Positions 13,601-28,355 of a DNA stretch of 64,000 nt are shown one piece after another; positions within the stretch are counted from its first letter, which is position 1, and each line of letters begins with the position of its first letter. Under the pieces are notes generated by a model. That model was not told where the DNA came from and did no database searches. It saw only the letters and a list, made by a program, of their open reading frames with translations. The DNA comes from the human T2T-CHM13v2.0 reference genome, Homo sapiens. The stretch lies in the NCBI RefSeq assembly GCF_009914755.1, contig NC_060948.1, one strand, 5' to 3'. A program made the position numbers and the translations under genes.

Positions 13601-14190
13601 AATGGGATGGAATGGTATGTAATGGATAGTAATGGACTGGAGTGAAATGGACTGGAAAGGAATGGACTCAAATTGAAAGGGCTCGAAAGGAATGGAGTCA
13701 AATGGAATGGTCTGGAATGGAATGAACACGAATGTAATGCAATCCAATAGAATGGAATCGAATGGCATGGAATATAAAGAAATGGAATCGAAGAGAATGG
13801 AAACAAATGGAATGGAATTGAATGGAATGGAATTGAATGGAATGGGAACGAATGGAGTGAAATTGTATGCAGTAGAAGAGAATAGAATGGAATGCAAGCG
13901 AAAGGAAGGGAATGGATTGGAATGGAATGGAATTCATTGGAATGGAAGGGAATGTAGTGTAATGGACAGGCCTGGAATAAAGTGGAATGCTACGGTCTCG
14001 AATGGAATAAAAATGTATGGAATGGAATGCAATGAAACGGAATCGAATGTCATAGAATGTAATGGAATGCAACAAAATGGAATCCAAAATCATTGACTGG
14101 AAAGGCTGGGTGTCGAAAGGAATTGACTCCAATGGAATGGAATCGAATGGAATGGAAGTGAATAGAATCGAACTAAATCGAATGGAATGG
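10648..14190 (+). repeat. DYZ1 unit U4 (3543 bp)
   Basis: Anchors 10648 and 14191; 1-bp deletion at ~10970. Confidence 0.9.
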
Positions 14191-17100
14191 AATTGATAGG
14201 AACGGAATGGAAAGGAATGCAATGATTTGGCATGGAATGGAATCGAATGGCATCGAATGGAATGGAATGGAATGCAATGGAATGGAATGTATTAGAATGT
14301 AATGAACATTAATGGAATGTACTCGAATGGATTCGACTGGAATGGAATGTTCTGGAAGTGAATGGACTCCAATGGAATGGATTCGAAAGGAATGGAATCG
14401 AACGGAATGGAATCTAATGGAATGGAATTAAATGGAAATGAATCAAATTGAATAGCACGGAATTGAATTGAATGGAATCAAATGCAATGGAATCTAATGA
14501 AACGGAAAGGAAAGAATGGAATGGAATAGAATGGGCTGGAATGGAAAGGAATCGAAACGAATGGAATGGAATCGAACTGAAGAGACTGGAATGGAATGCA
14601 CTGGAATGGAAGGGAGTGTAATGGAAGGTTCTCGACAAAAATGGAATCGAATGGAATGGAATTGATTGGAACGGAATAGAGTCGAATGGAATTGAATGGA
14701 ATGGAATGGACTAGAGTGAAATGGAATCGAACCACAAGGAATGGACAGGAATAGAATGGTCTCGAATTGAATGGAATCGTATGGAATGGCATCAAACGGA
14801 ATGGAATGGACAGCCACGGAATGGAATGCACTCGAATGCAATGGAGTCGAAACTAATGGACTGGAATAGAATGGACTCGACTGGTACGGACTCCAATGGA
14901 ATGGAATCGAATGGAAGGGAATCGAACGGAATGGACTCGAAGGGAAAAGACTGCAATGGAAAGGTCTCGAATGGAATGGAAATTAATGGGATGGAATGGA
15001 ATCGAATGAAATGGAGTCAAAAGGAATGGAATCGAATGGCAAGAAATCGAATGTAATGGAATCGCAAGGAATTGATGTGAACGGAACGGAATGGAATGGA
15101 ATCCAAAGGAATGGAATAGAATGGAATGGAATCGAATGGAAAGGACTCGAATGGAAATCACTCGAATAGAATGCAATTTAATAAAATAGGATCAAATGTA
15201 ATAGAATGGAATGGAAAGGAATCGAAACGGAAGGAATGGAGACAGATGGAATGGAATGGAACAGAGAGCAATGGTATAGAATGGAATGGAATCATCTGGA
15301 ATGGAATTGAATGGAATGGAATAATATGAAATGGAATGGAATGGAATGGAATGGAATGCCCTTGAATTAAATGGACTGGAATGGAATGGACTCGAACAGA
15401 GTGGAATGGAAAGTGTTGAGATAGAATGGAATGGACTCATTTGGAATGGTGTAGTATGCAATGCAATCGACTGGCAGGGAATCAAAAGGAATGTAATCGA
15501 ATGGATTGGACTGGAATGCAATGGATTCGAATAGATTGCAAACGGAATGCAAAGGAATGGAATGGAATAGTATGGAATGGAATGGAAAGGAATGGAGTGG
15601 AATAGACTAGAGTGGAATGGAATGGACTGGAAAGCAATGGACTGGAATGGAACTTTCTTGAATGGACTGGAATCAAACGGAATGGAATGCAATGCAATCA
15701 AATGGCATGGAATAAAATAGAATGAAAGAGAATCAAATGGAATTGAATCGAATGGAATCGAATGGAATGGAATGGAATGGACTAGAATGGAATGGATTCG
15801 AATGGAAGGCAAAGGAATGGAATCTATTGGAATGGACTGTAATGGAATGGAATGGAAGGGATTGGAATGGACTCGAATGGAATGGACTGCAATAGAAAGG
15901 ATTCGAATGGAATGAAAAAGAATTGAATGGAATAGAACAGAATGGAATCAAATCGAATGAAATGGAATGGAATAGAAAGGAATGGAATGAAATGGAATGG
16001 AAAGGATTCGAATGGAATGCAATCGAATGGAATGGAATCGAACGGAATGGAATAAAATGGAAGAAAACTGGCAAGAAATGGAATCGAAATGAATGGAGTG
16101 TTATGGAACGGACTCAAAAGGAATTGAATGTAATAGAATGGAGTGGAGTGGACTCGAATATAATGGACTGGAATGGAATGAAATCACATGGAATGGGAAC
16201 GAGTGGAATGGAATGGAAAGGAATGGAATCGAATGGAAAGGAATCGAATGGAAGGGAATGAAATTGAATCAACAGGAATGGAAGGGAATAGAATAGACGG
16301 TAATGGAATGGACTCGAATAGAATGGACACGAATGCTCAAATTGAATGGACTCGAATGGAATGGAAACGAAAGGAATGTCATCGAATGGAATTGAATCGA
16401 TTGGAATGAAATTGCATAGAATGGAGTGGAATCAAATGGAATTGAATCGAAAGGAAAGGAAGCGAATGGACTGAAATGAAATGGAATGGAATTGAATGGA
16501 AAGTAATGTAATGGAATAGAATGGAACGAAATTTCACGGAATGGAATCAAACTGAATGGAATCAAATCAATGGAATCCAATCAAATGGAATGGAGTAGAT
16601 TGGATTGGATGGGATTGGAATGAAATGTACTGGAAAGGACTCGAATTTCATGAAACGGAATGGAATGAATTGGAACGGAATGGACTCGAATGGAATGGAA
16701 TGTCATAGAATGGTATCAAATGGAATGGCATCAAATGGAATGGAATCGAATGCAATGGAATGCTATGGAATGGAATGGAATGCATTGGAATGGAATGTCC
16801 TCTAATGGAATGGATTCGAGTGGAATGGAATCGAATATAATGGAGTCGAATGAAATGGAATTGAAAGGAATGGGATGGAATACAATGGAATATACTGGAA
16901 TGTAATGTAATGAACTCGAATGTAATTGACTGGAATGGAATGTACATGAGTGGAATGTAATCGAATGGAAAGTAATCCAATGGAATAGAATCTAATGCAA
17001 TAAAATCGACTCAGATAGAGTAGAATGTAATGGAATGGAGTGCAGTGCAATGGAATGGAATGGAATGGAATGCAATGGAATGGAATGGAATGGAATGGAA

Positions 17101-17698
17101 TGGAATGGAATGGGATGGAATGGTATGGAATGGATAGTAATGGACTGGAGTGAAATGGACTGGAAAGGAATGGACTCAAATTGAAAGGTCTCGAAAGGAA
17201 TGGAGTCAAATGGAATGGTCTGGAATGGAATGAACACGAATGTAATGCAATCCAATAGAATGGAATCGAATGGCATGGAATATAAAGAAATGGAATCGAA
17301 GAGAATGGAAACAAATGGAATGGAATTGAATGGAATGGAATTGAATGGAATGTGAACGAATGTAGTGAAATTGTATGCAGTAGAAGAGAATAGAATGGAA
17401 TGCAAGCGAAATGAAAGGAATGGATTGGAATGGAATGGAATTCATTGGAATGGAAGGGAATGTAGTGTAATGGACAGGCCTGGAATAAAGTGGAATGCTA
17501 CGGTCTCGAATGGAATAAAAATGTATGGAATGGAATGCAATGAAACGGAATCGAATGTCATAGAATGTAATGGAATGCAAAAAAATGGAATCCAAAATCA
17601 TTGAATGCAAAGGCTGGGTGTCGAAAGGAATTGACTCCAATGGAATGGAATCGAATGGAATGGAAGTGAATAGAATCGAACTAAATCAAATGGAATGG
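14191..17698 (+). repeat. DYZ1 unit U5 (3508 bp, shortest)
   Basis: Anchors 14191 and 17699; 1-bp (~14513), 35-bp (~15765) and 15-bp (~16590) deletions. Confidence 0.9.
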
Positions 17699-20600
17699 AA
17701 TTGATAGGAACGGAATGAAAAGGAATGCAATGATTTGGCATGAAATGGAATCGAATGGCATCGAATGGAATGGAATGGAATGCAATGGAATGGAATGTAT
17801 TAGAATGTAATGAACTTTAATGGAATGTACTCGAATGGATTCGACTGGAATGGAATGTTCTGGAAGTGAATGGACTCCAATGGAATGGATTCAAAAGGAA
17901 TGGAATCGTACGGAATGGAATCCAATGGAATGGAATTAAATGGAAATGAATCAAATTGAATAGCACGGAATTGAATTGAATGGAATTGAATGCAATGGAA
18001 TCTAATGAAACGGAAAGGAAAGGAATGGAATGGAATGGAATGGGCTGGAATGGAAAGGAATCGAAACGAATGGAATGGAATCGAACTGAAGAGACTGGAA
18101 TGGAATGCACTGGAATGGAAGGGAGTGTAATGGAAGGTTCTCGAAAAAAATGGAATCGAATGAAATGCAATTGAATGGAACGGAATAGAGTCGAATGGAA
18201 TTGAATGGAATGGAATGGACTAGAGTGAAATGGAATCGAACCACAAGGAATGGACAGGAATAGAATGGTCTCGAATTGAATGGAATCGTATGGAATGGCA
18301 TCAAACGGAATGGAATGGACAGCCACGGAATGGAATGCACTCGAATGCAATGGAGTCGAAACTAATGGACTGGAATAGAATGGACTCGACTGGTACGGAC
18401 TCCAATGGAATGGAATCGAATGGAAGGGAATCGAACGGAATGGACTCGAAGGGAAAAGACTGCAATGGAAAGGTCTCGAATGGAATGGAAATTAATGGAA
18501 TGGAATGGAATCGAATGAAATGGAGTCGAAAGGAATGGAATCGAATGGCAAGAAATCGAATGTAATGGAATCGCAAGGAATTGATGTGAACGGAACGGAA
18601 TGGAATGGAATCCAAAGGAATGGAATAGAATGGAATGGAATCGAATGGAAAGGACTCGAATGGAAATCACTCGAATAGAATACAATTTAATAAAATAGGA
18701 TCAAATGTAATGGAATGGAATGGAAAGGAATCGAAACGAAAGGAATGGAGACAGATGGAATGGAATGGAACAGAGAGCAATGGTATAGAATGGAATGGAA
18801 TCATCTGGAATGGAATTGAATGGAATGGAATAATATGAAATGGAATGCAATGGAATGGAATGGAATGCCCTTGAATTAAATGGACTGGAATGGAATGGAC
18901 TCGAACAGAGTGGAATGGAAAGTGTTGAGATAGAATGGAATGGACTCCTTTGGAATGGTGTAGTATGCAATGCAATCGACTGGCAGGGAATCAAAAGGAA
19001 TGTAATCGAATGGATTGGACTGGAATGCAATGGACTCGAATAGATTGGAAACGGAATGCAAAGGAATGGAATGGAATAGTATGGAATGGAATGGAAAGGA
19101 ATGGAGTGGAATAGACTAGAGTGGAATGGAATGGACTGGAAAGCAATGGACTGGAATGGAACTTTCTTGAATGGACTGGAATCAAACGGAATGGAATGCA
19201 ATGCAATCAAATGGCATGGAATAAAATAGAATGAAAGAGAATCAAATGGAATTGAATCGAATGGAATCGAATGGATTGGAAAGGAATAGAATGGAATGGA
19301 ATGGAATTGACTCAAATGGAATGGACTAGAATGGAATGGATTCGAATGGAAGGCAAAGGAATGGAATATATTGGAATGGACTGTAATGGAATGGAATGGA
19401 AGGGATTGGAATGGACTCGAATGGAATGGACTGCAATAGAAAGGATTCGAATGGAATGAAAAAGATTTGAATGGAATAGAACAGAATGGAATCAAATCGA
19501 ATGAAATGGAATGGAATAGAAAGGAATGGAATGAAATGGAATGGAAAGGATTCGAATGGAATGCAATCGAATGGAATGGAATCGAACGGAATGGAATAAA
19601 ATGGAAGAAAACTGGCAAGAAATGGAATCGAAATGAATGGAGTGTTATGGAACGGACTCAAAAGGAATTGAATGTAATAGAATGGAGTGGAGTGGACTCG
19701 AATATAATGGACTGGAATGGAATGAAATCACATGGAATGGGAACGAATGGAATGGAATGGAAAGGAATGGAATCGAATGGAAAGGAATCGAATGGAAGGG
19801 AATGAAATTGAATCAACAGGAATGGAAGGGAATAGAATAGACGGTAATGGAATGGACTCGAATAGAATGGACACGAATGCTCAAATTGAATGGACTCGAA
19901 TGGAATGGAAAAGAAAGGAATGTCATCGAATGGAATTGAATCGATTGGAATGAAATCACTTAGAATCGAGTGGAATCAAATGGAATTGAATCGAAAGGAA
20001 AGGAAGCGAATGGACTGAAATGAAATGGAATGGAATTGAATGGAAAGTAATGCAATGGAATAGAATGGAACGAAATTTCACGGAATGGAATCAAACTGAA
20101 TGGAATCAAATCAATGGAATCTAATCAAATGGAATGGAAAGGAATTGAATGGAGTAGATTGGATTGGATGGGATTGGAATGAAATGTACTGGAAAGGACT
20201 CGAATTTCATGAAACGGAATGGAATGAATTGGAACGGAATGGACTCGAATGGAATGGAATGTCATGGAATGGCATCAAATGGAATGGCATCAAATGGAAT
20301 GGAATCGAATGCAATGGAATGTTATGGAATGGAATGGAATGCATTGGAATGGAATGTCCTCTAATGGAATGGATTCGAGTGGAATGGAATCGAATATAAT
20401 GGAGTCGAATGAAATGGAATTGAAAGGAATGGGATCGAATACAATAGAATATACTGGAATGTAATGTAATGAACTCGAATGTAATTGACTGGAATGGAAT
20501 GTACATGAATGGAATGTAATCGAATGGAAAGTAATCCAATGGAATAGAATCTAATGCAATAAAACCGACTCAGATAGAGTAGAATGTAATGGAATGGAGT

Positions 20601-21267
20601 GCAGTGCAATGGTATGGAATGGAATTGAATGCAATGGAATGGAATGGAATGGAATGGAATGGAATGGAATGGAATGGAATGGGATGGAATGGTATGGAAT
20701 GGATAGTAATGGACTGGAGTGAAATGGACTGGAAAGGAATGGACTCAAATTGAAAGGGCTCGAAAGGAATGGAGTCAAATGGAATGGTCTGGAATGGAAT
20801 GAACACGAATGTAATGCAACCCAATAGAATGGAATCGAATGGCATGGAATATAAAGAAATGGAATCGAAGAGAATGGAAACAAATGGAATGGAATTGAAT
20901 GGAATGGAATTGAATGGAATGGGAACGAATGGAGTGAAATTGTATGCAGTAGAAGAGAATAGAATGGAATGCAAGCGAAAGGAAAGGAATGGATTGGAAT
21001 GGAATGGAATTCATTGGAATGGAAGGGAATGTAGTGTAATGGACAGGCCTGGAATAAAGTGGAATGCTACGGTCTCGAATGGAATAAAAATGTATGGAAT
21101 GGAATGCAATGAAACGGAATCGAATGTCATAGAATGTAATGGAATGCAAAAAAATGGAATCCAAAATCATTGACTGGAAAGGCTTGGTGTCGAAAGGAAT
21201 TGACTCCAATGGAATGGAATCGAATGGAATGGAAGTGAATAGAATCGAACTAAATCGAATGGAATGG
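17699..21267 (+). repeat. DYZ1 unit U6 (3569 bp)
   Basis: Anchors 17699 and 21268. Confidence 0.9.
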
Positions 21268-24200
21268 AATTGATAGGAACGGAATGGAAAGGAATGCAAT
21301 GATTTGGCATGGAATGGAATCGAATGGCATCGAATGGAATGGAATGGAATGCAATGGAATGGAATGTATTAGAATGTAATGAACTTTAATGGAATGTACT
21401 CGAATGGATTCGACTGGAATGGAATGTTCTGGAAGTGAATGGACTCCAATGGAATGGATTCAAAAGGAATGGAATCGTACGGAATGGAATCTAATGGAAT
21501 GGAATTAAATGGAAATGAATCAAATTGAATAGCACGGAATTGAATTGAATGGAATGGAATGCAATGGAATCTAATGAAACGGAAAGGAAAGGAATGGAAT
21601 GGAATGGAATGGGCTGGAATGGAAAGGAATCGAAACGAATGGAATGGAATCGAACTGAAGAGACTGGAATGGAATGCACTGGAATGGAAGGGAGTGTAAT
21701 GGAAGGTTCTCGAAAAAAATGGAATCGAATGGAATGGAATTGAATGGAACGGAATAGAGTCGAATGGAATTGAATGGAATGGAATGGACTAGAGTGAAAT
21801 GGAATCGAACCACAAGGAATGGACAGGAATAGAATGGTCTCGAATTGAATGGGATCGTATGGAATGGCATCAAACGGAATGGAATGGACAGCCACGGAAT
21901 GGAATGCACTCGAACGCAATGGAGTCGAAACTAATGGACTGGAATAGAATGGACTCGACTGGTACGGACTCCAATGGAATGGAATCGAATGGAAGGGAAT
22001 CGAACGGAATGGACTCGAAGGGAAAAGACTGCAATGGAAAGGTCTCGAATGGAATGGAAATTAATGGAATGGAATGGAATCGAATGAAATGGAGTCAAAA
22101 GGAATGGAATCGAATGGCAAGAAATCGAATGTAATGGAATCGCAAGGAATTGATGTGAACGGAACGGAATGGAATGGAATCCAAAGGAATGGAATAGAAT
22201 GGAATGGAATCGAATGGAAAGGACTCGAATGGAAATCACTCGAATAGAATGCAATTTAATAAAATAGGATCAAATGTAATGGAATGGAATGGAAAGGAAT
22301 CGAAACGAAAGGAATGGAGACAGATGGAATGGAATGGAACAGAGAGCAATGGTATAGAATGGAATGGAATCATCTGGAATGGAATTGAATGGAATGGAAT
22401 AATATGAAATGGAATGGAATGGAATGGAATGGAATGCCCTTGAATTAAATGGACTGGACTCGAACAGAGTGGAATGGAAAGTGTTGAGATAGAATGGAAT
22501 GGACTCCTTTGGAATGGTGTAGTATGCAATGCAATCGACTGGCATGGAATCAAAAGGAATGTAATCGAATGGATTGGACTGGAATGCAATGGACTCGAAT
22601 AGATTGGAAACGGAATGCAAAGGAATGGAATGGAATAGTATGGAATGGAATGGAAAGGAATGGAGTGGAATAGACTAGAGTGGAATGGAATGGACTGGAA
22701 AGCAATGGACTGGAATGGAACTTTCTTGAATGGACTGGAATCAAACGGAATGGAATGCAATGCAATCAAATGGCATGGAATAAAATAGAATGAAAGAGAA
22801 TCAAATGGAATTGAATCGAATGGAATCGAATGGATTGGAAAGGAATAGAATGGAATGGAATGGAATTGACTCAAATGGAATGGACTAGAATGGAATGGAT
22901 TCGAATGGAAGGCAAAGGAATGGAATCTATTGGAATGGACTGTAATGGAATGGAATGGAAGGGATTGGAATGGACTCGAATGGAATGGACTGCAATAGAA
23001 AGGATTCGAATGGAATGAAAAAGAATTGAATGGAATAGAACAGAATGGAATCAAATCGAATGAAATGGAATGGAATAGAAAGGAATGGAATGAAATGGAA
23101 TGGAAAGGATTCGAATGGAATGCAATCGAATGGAATGGAATAAAATGGAAGAAAACAGGCAAGAAATGGAATCGAAAGGAATGGAGTGTTATGGAACGGA
23201 CTCAAAAGGAATTGAATGTAATAGAATGGAGTGGAGTGGACTCGAATATAATGGACTGGAATGGAATGAAATCACATGGAATGGGAACGAATGGAATGGA
23301 ATGGAAAGGAATGGAATCGAATGGAAAGGAATCGAATGGAAGGGAATGAAATTGAATCAACAGGAATGGAAGGGAATAGAATAGACGGTAATGGAATGGA
23401 CTCGAATAGAATGGACACGAATGCTCAAATTGAATGGACTCGAATGGAATGGAAACGAAAGGAATGTCATCGAATGGAATTGAATCGATTGGAATGAAAT
23501 CGCATAGAATGGAGTGGAATCAAATGGAATTGAATCGAAAGGAAAGGAAGCGAATGGACTGAAATGAAATGGAATGGAATTGAATGGAAAGTAATGCAAT
23601 GGAATAGAATGGAACGAAATTTCACGGAATGGAATCAAACTGAATGGAATCAAATCAATGGAATATAATCAAATGGAATGGAAAGGAATTGAATGGAGTA
23701 GATTGGATTGGATGGGATTGGAATGAAATGTACTGGAAAGGACTCGAATTTCATGAAACGGAATGGAATGAATTGGAACGGAATGGACTCGAATGGAATG
23801 GAATGTCATGGAATGGCATCAAATGGAATGGCATCAAATGGAATGGAATCGAATGCAATGGAATGCTATGGAATGGAATGGAATGCATTGGAATGGAATG
23901 TCCTCTAATGGAATGGATTCGAGTGGAATGGAATCGAATATAATGGAGTCGAATGAAATGGAATTGAAAGGAATGGGATCGAATACAATGGAATATACTG
24001 GAATGTAATGTAATGAACTCGAATGTAATTGACTGGAATGGAATGTACATGAATGGAATGTAATCGAATGGAAAGTAATCCAATGGAATAGAATCTAATG
24101 CAATAAAATCGACTCAGATAGAGTAGAATGTAATGGAATGGAGTGCAGTGCAATGGAATGGAATGGAATGGAATGCAATGTAATGGAATGGAATGGAATG

Positions 24201-24796
24201 GAATGGAATGGGATGGAATGGTATGGAATGGACAGTAATGGACTGGAGTGAAATGGACTGGAAAGGAATGGACTCAAATTGAAAGGGCTCGAAAGGAATA
24301 GAGACAAATGGAATGGTCTGGAATGGAATGAACACGAATGTAATGCAATCCAATAGAATGGAGTCGAATGGCATGGAATATAAAGAAATGGAATCGAAGA
24401 GAATGGAAACAAATGGAATGGAATTGAATGGAATGGAATTGAATGGAATGGGAACGAATGGAGTGAAATTTTATGCAGTAGAAGAGAATAGAATGGAATG
24501 CAAGAGAAACGAAAGGAATGGATTGGAATGGAATGGAATTCATTGGAATGGAATGGAATGTAGTGTAATGGACAGGCCTGGAATAAAGTGGAATGCTACG
24601 GTCTCGAATGGAATAAAAATGTATGGAATGGAATGCAATGAAACGGAATCGAATGTCATAGAATGTAATGGAATGCAAAAAAATGGAATCCAAAATCATT
24701 GACTGGAAAGGCTGGGTGTGAAAAGGAATTGACTCCAATGGAATGGAATCGAATGGAATGGAAGTGAATAGAATCGAACTAAATCGAATGGAATGG
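21268..24796 (+). repeat. DYZ1 unit U7 (3529 bp)
   Basis: Anchors 21268 and 24797; 10-bp deletion ~22455, 15-bp deletion ~23135. Confidence 0.9.
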
Positions 24797-27700
24797 AATT
24801 GATAGGAACGGAATGGAAAGGAATGCAATGATTTGGCATGGAATGGAATCGAATGGCATCGAATGGAATGGAATGGAATGCAATGGAATGGAATGTATTA
24901 GAATGAAATGAACTTTAATGGAATGTACTCGAATGGATTCGACTGGAATGGAATGTTCTGGAAGTGAATGGACTCCAATGGAATGGATTCAAAAGGAATG
25001 GAATCGGACGGAATGGAATCTAATGGAATGGAATTAAATGGAAATGAATCAAATTGAATAGCACGGAATTGAATTGAATGGAATGGAATGCAATGGAATC
25101 TAATAAAACGGAAAGGAAAGGAATGGAATGGAATGGAATGGGCTGGAATGGAAAGGAATCGAAACGAATGGAATGGAATCGAACTGAAGAGACTGGAATG
25201 GAATGCACTGGAATGGAAGGGAGTGTAATGGAAGGTTCTCGAAAAAAATGGAATCGAATGGAATGGAATTGAATGGAACGGAATAGAGTCGAATGGAATT
25301 GAATGGAATGGAATGGACTAGAGTGAAATGGAATCGAACCACAAGGAATGGACAGGAATAGAATGGTCTCGAATTGAATGGGATCGTATGGAATGGCATC
25401 AAACGGAATGGAATGGACAGCCACGGAATGGAATGCACTCGAATGCAATGGAGTCGAAACTAATGGACTGGAATAGAATGGACTCGACTGGTACGGACTC
25501 CAATGGAATGGAATCGAATGGAAGGGAATCGAACGGAATGGACTCGAAGGGAAAAGACTGCAATGGAAAGGTCTCGAATGGAATGGAAATTAATGGAATG
25601 GATTGGAATCGAATGAAATGGAGTCAAAAGGAATGGAATCGAATGGCAAGAAATCGAATGTAATGGAATCGCAAGGAATTGATGTGAACGGAACGGAATG
25701 GAATGGAATCCAAAGGAATGGAATAGAATGGAATGGAATCGAATGGAAAGGACTCGAATGGAAATCACTCGAATAGAATGCAATTTAATAAAATAGGATC
25801 AAATGTAATGGAATGGAATGGAAAGGAATCGAAACGAAAGGAATGGAGACAGATGGAATGGAATGGAACAGAGAGCAATGGTATAGAATGGAATGGAATC
25901 ATCTGGAATGGAATTGAATGGAATGGAATAATATGAAATGGAATGGAATGGAATGGAATGGAATGCCCTTGAATTAAATGGACTGGACTCGAACAGAGTG
26001 GAATGGAAAGTGTTGAGATAGAATGGAATGGACTCCTTTGGAATGGTGTAGTATGCAATGCAATCGACTGGCATGGAATCAAAAGGAATGTAATGGAATG
26101 GATTGGACTGGAATGCAATGGACTCGAATAGATTGGAAACGGAATGCAAAGGAATGGAATGGAATAGTATGGAATGGAATGGAAAGGAATCGAGTGGAAT
26201 AGACTAGAGTGGAATGGAATGGACTGGAAAGCAATGGACTGGAATGGAACTTTCTTGAATGGACTGGAATCAAACGGAATGGAATGCAATGCAATCAAAT
26301 GGCATGGAATAAAATAGAATGAAAGAGAATCAAATGGAATTGAATTGAATGGAATCGAATGGATTGGAAAGGAATAGAATGGAATGGAATGGAATTGACT
26401 CAAATGGAATGGACTAGAATGGAATGGATTCGAATGGAAGGCAAAGGAATGGAATCTATTGGAATGGACTGTAATGGAATGGAATGGAAGGGATTGGAAT
26501 GGACTCGAATGGAATGGACTGCAATAGAAAGGATTCGAATGGAATGAAAAAGAATTGAATGGAATAGAACAGAATGGAATCAAATCGAATGAAATGGAAT
26601 GGAATAGAAAGGAATGGAATGAAATGGAATGGAAAGGATTCGAATGGAATGCAATCGAATGGAATGGAATCGAACGGAATGGAATAAAATGGAAGAAAAC
26701 AGGCAAGAAATGGAATCGAAAGGAATGGAGTGTTATGGAACGGACTCAAAAGGAATTGAATGTAATAGAATGGAGTGGAGTGGACTCGAATATAATGGAC
26801 TGGAATGGAATGAAATCACATGGAATGGGAACGAATGGAATGGAATGGAAAGGAATGGAATCGAATGGAAAGGAATCAAATGGAAGGGAATGAAATTGAA
26901 TCAACAGGAATGGAAGGGAATAGAATAGACGGTAATGGAATGGACTCGAATAGAATGGACACGAATGCTCAAATTGAATGGACTCGAATGGAATGGAAAC
27001 GAAAGGAATGTCATCGAATGGAATTGAATCGATTGGAATGAAATCGCATAGAATGGAGTGGAATCAAATGGAATTGAATCGAAAGGAAAGGAAGCGAATG
27101 GACTGAAATAAAATGGAATGGAATTGAATGGAAAGTAATGCAATGGAATAGAAGGGAACGAAATTTCACGGAATGGAATCAAACTGAATGGAATCAAATC
27201 AATGGAATCAAATCAAACGGAATGGAAAGGAATTGAATGGAGTAGATTGGATTGGATGGGATTGGAATGTAATGTACTGGAAAGGACTCGAATTTCATGA
27301 AACGGAATGGAATGAATTGGAACGGAATGGACTCGAATGGAATGGAATGTCATGGAATGGCATCAAATGGAATGGCATCAAATGGAATGGAATCGAATGC
27401 AATGGAATGCTATGGAATGGAATGGAATGCATTGGAATGGAATGTCCTCTAATGGAATGGATTCGAGTGGAATGGAATCGAATATAATGGAGTCGAATGA
27501 AATGGAATTGAAAGGAATGGGATCGAATACAATGGAATATACTGGAATGTAATGTAATGAACTCGAATGTAATTGACTGGAATGGAATGTACATGAATGG
27601 AATGTAATCGAAAGGAAAGTAATCCAATGGAATAGAATCTAATGCAGTAAAATCGACTCAGATAGAGTAGAATGTAATGGAATGGAGTGCAGTGCAATGC

Positions 27701-28355
27701 AATGGAATGGAATGGAATGCAATGGAATGGAATGGAATGGAATGGAATGGAATGGAATGGAATGGAATGGGATGGAATGGTATGGAATGGATAGTAATGG
27801 ACTGGAGTGAAATGGACTGCAAAGGAATGGACTCAAATTGAAAGGGCTCGAAAGGAATGGAGTCAAATGGAATGGTCTGGAATGGAATGAACACGAATGT
27901 AATGCAATCCAATAGAATGGAATCGAATGGCATGGAATATAAAGAAATGGAATCGAAGAGAATGGAAACAAATGGAATGGAATTGAATGGAATGGAATTG
28001 AATGGAATGGGAACGAATGGAGTGAAATTGTATGCAGTAGAAGGGAATAGAATGGAATGCAAGCGAAAGGAAAGGAATGGATTGGAATGGAATGGAATTC
28101 ATTGGAATGGAAGGGAATGTAGTGTAATGGACAGGCCTGGAATAAAGTGGAATGCTACGGTCTCAAATGGAATAAAAATGTATGGAATGGAATGCAATGA
28201 AACGGAATCGAATGTCATAGAATGTAATGGAATGCAAAAAAATGGAATCCAAAATCATTGACTGGAAAGGCTGGGTGTCGAAAGGAATTGACTCCAATGG
28301 AATGGAATCGAATGGAGTGGAAGTGAATAGAATCGAACTAAATCGAATGGAATGG
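24797..28355 (+). repeat. DYZ1 unit U8 (3559 bp)
   Basis: Anchors 24797 and 28356; same 10-bp deletion as U7 (~25985). Confidence 0.9.
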
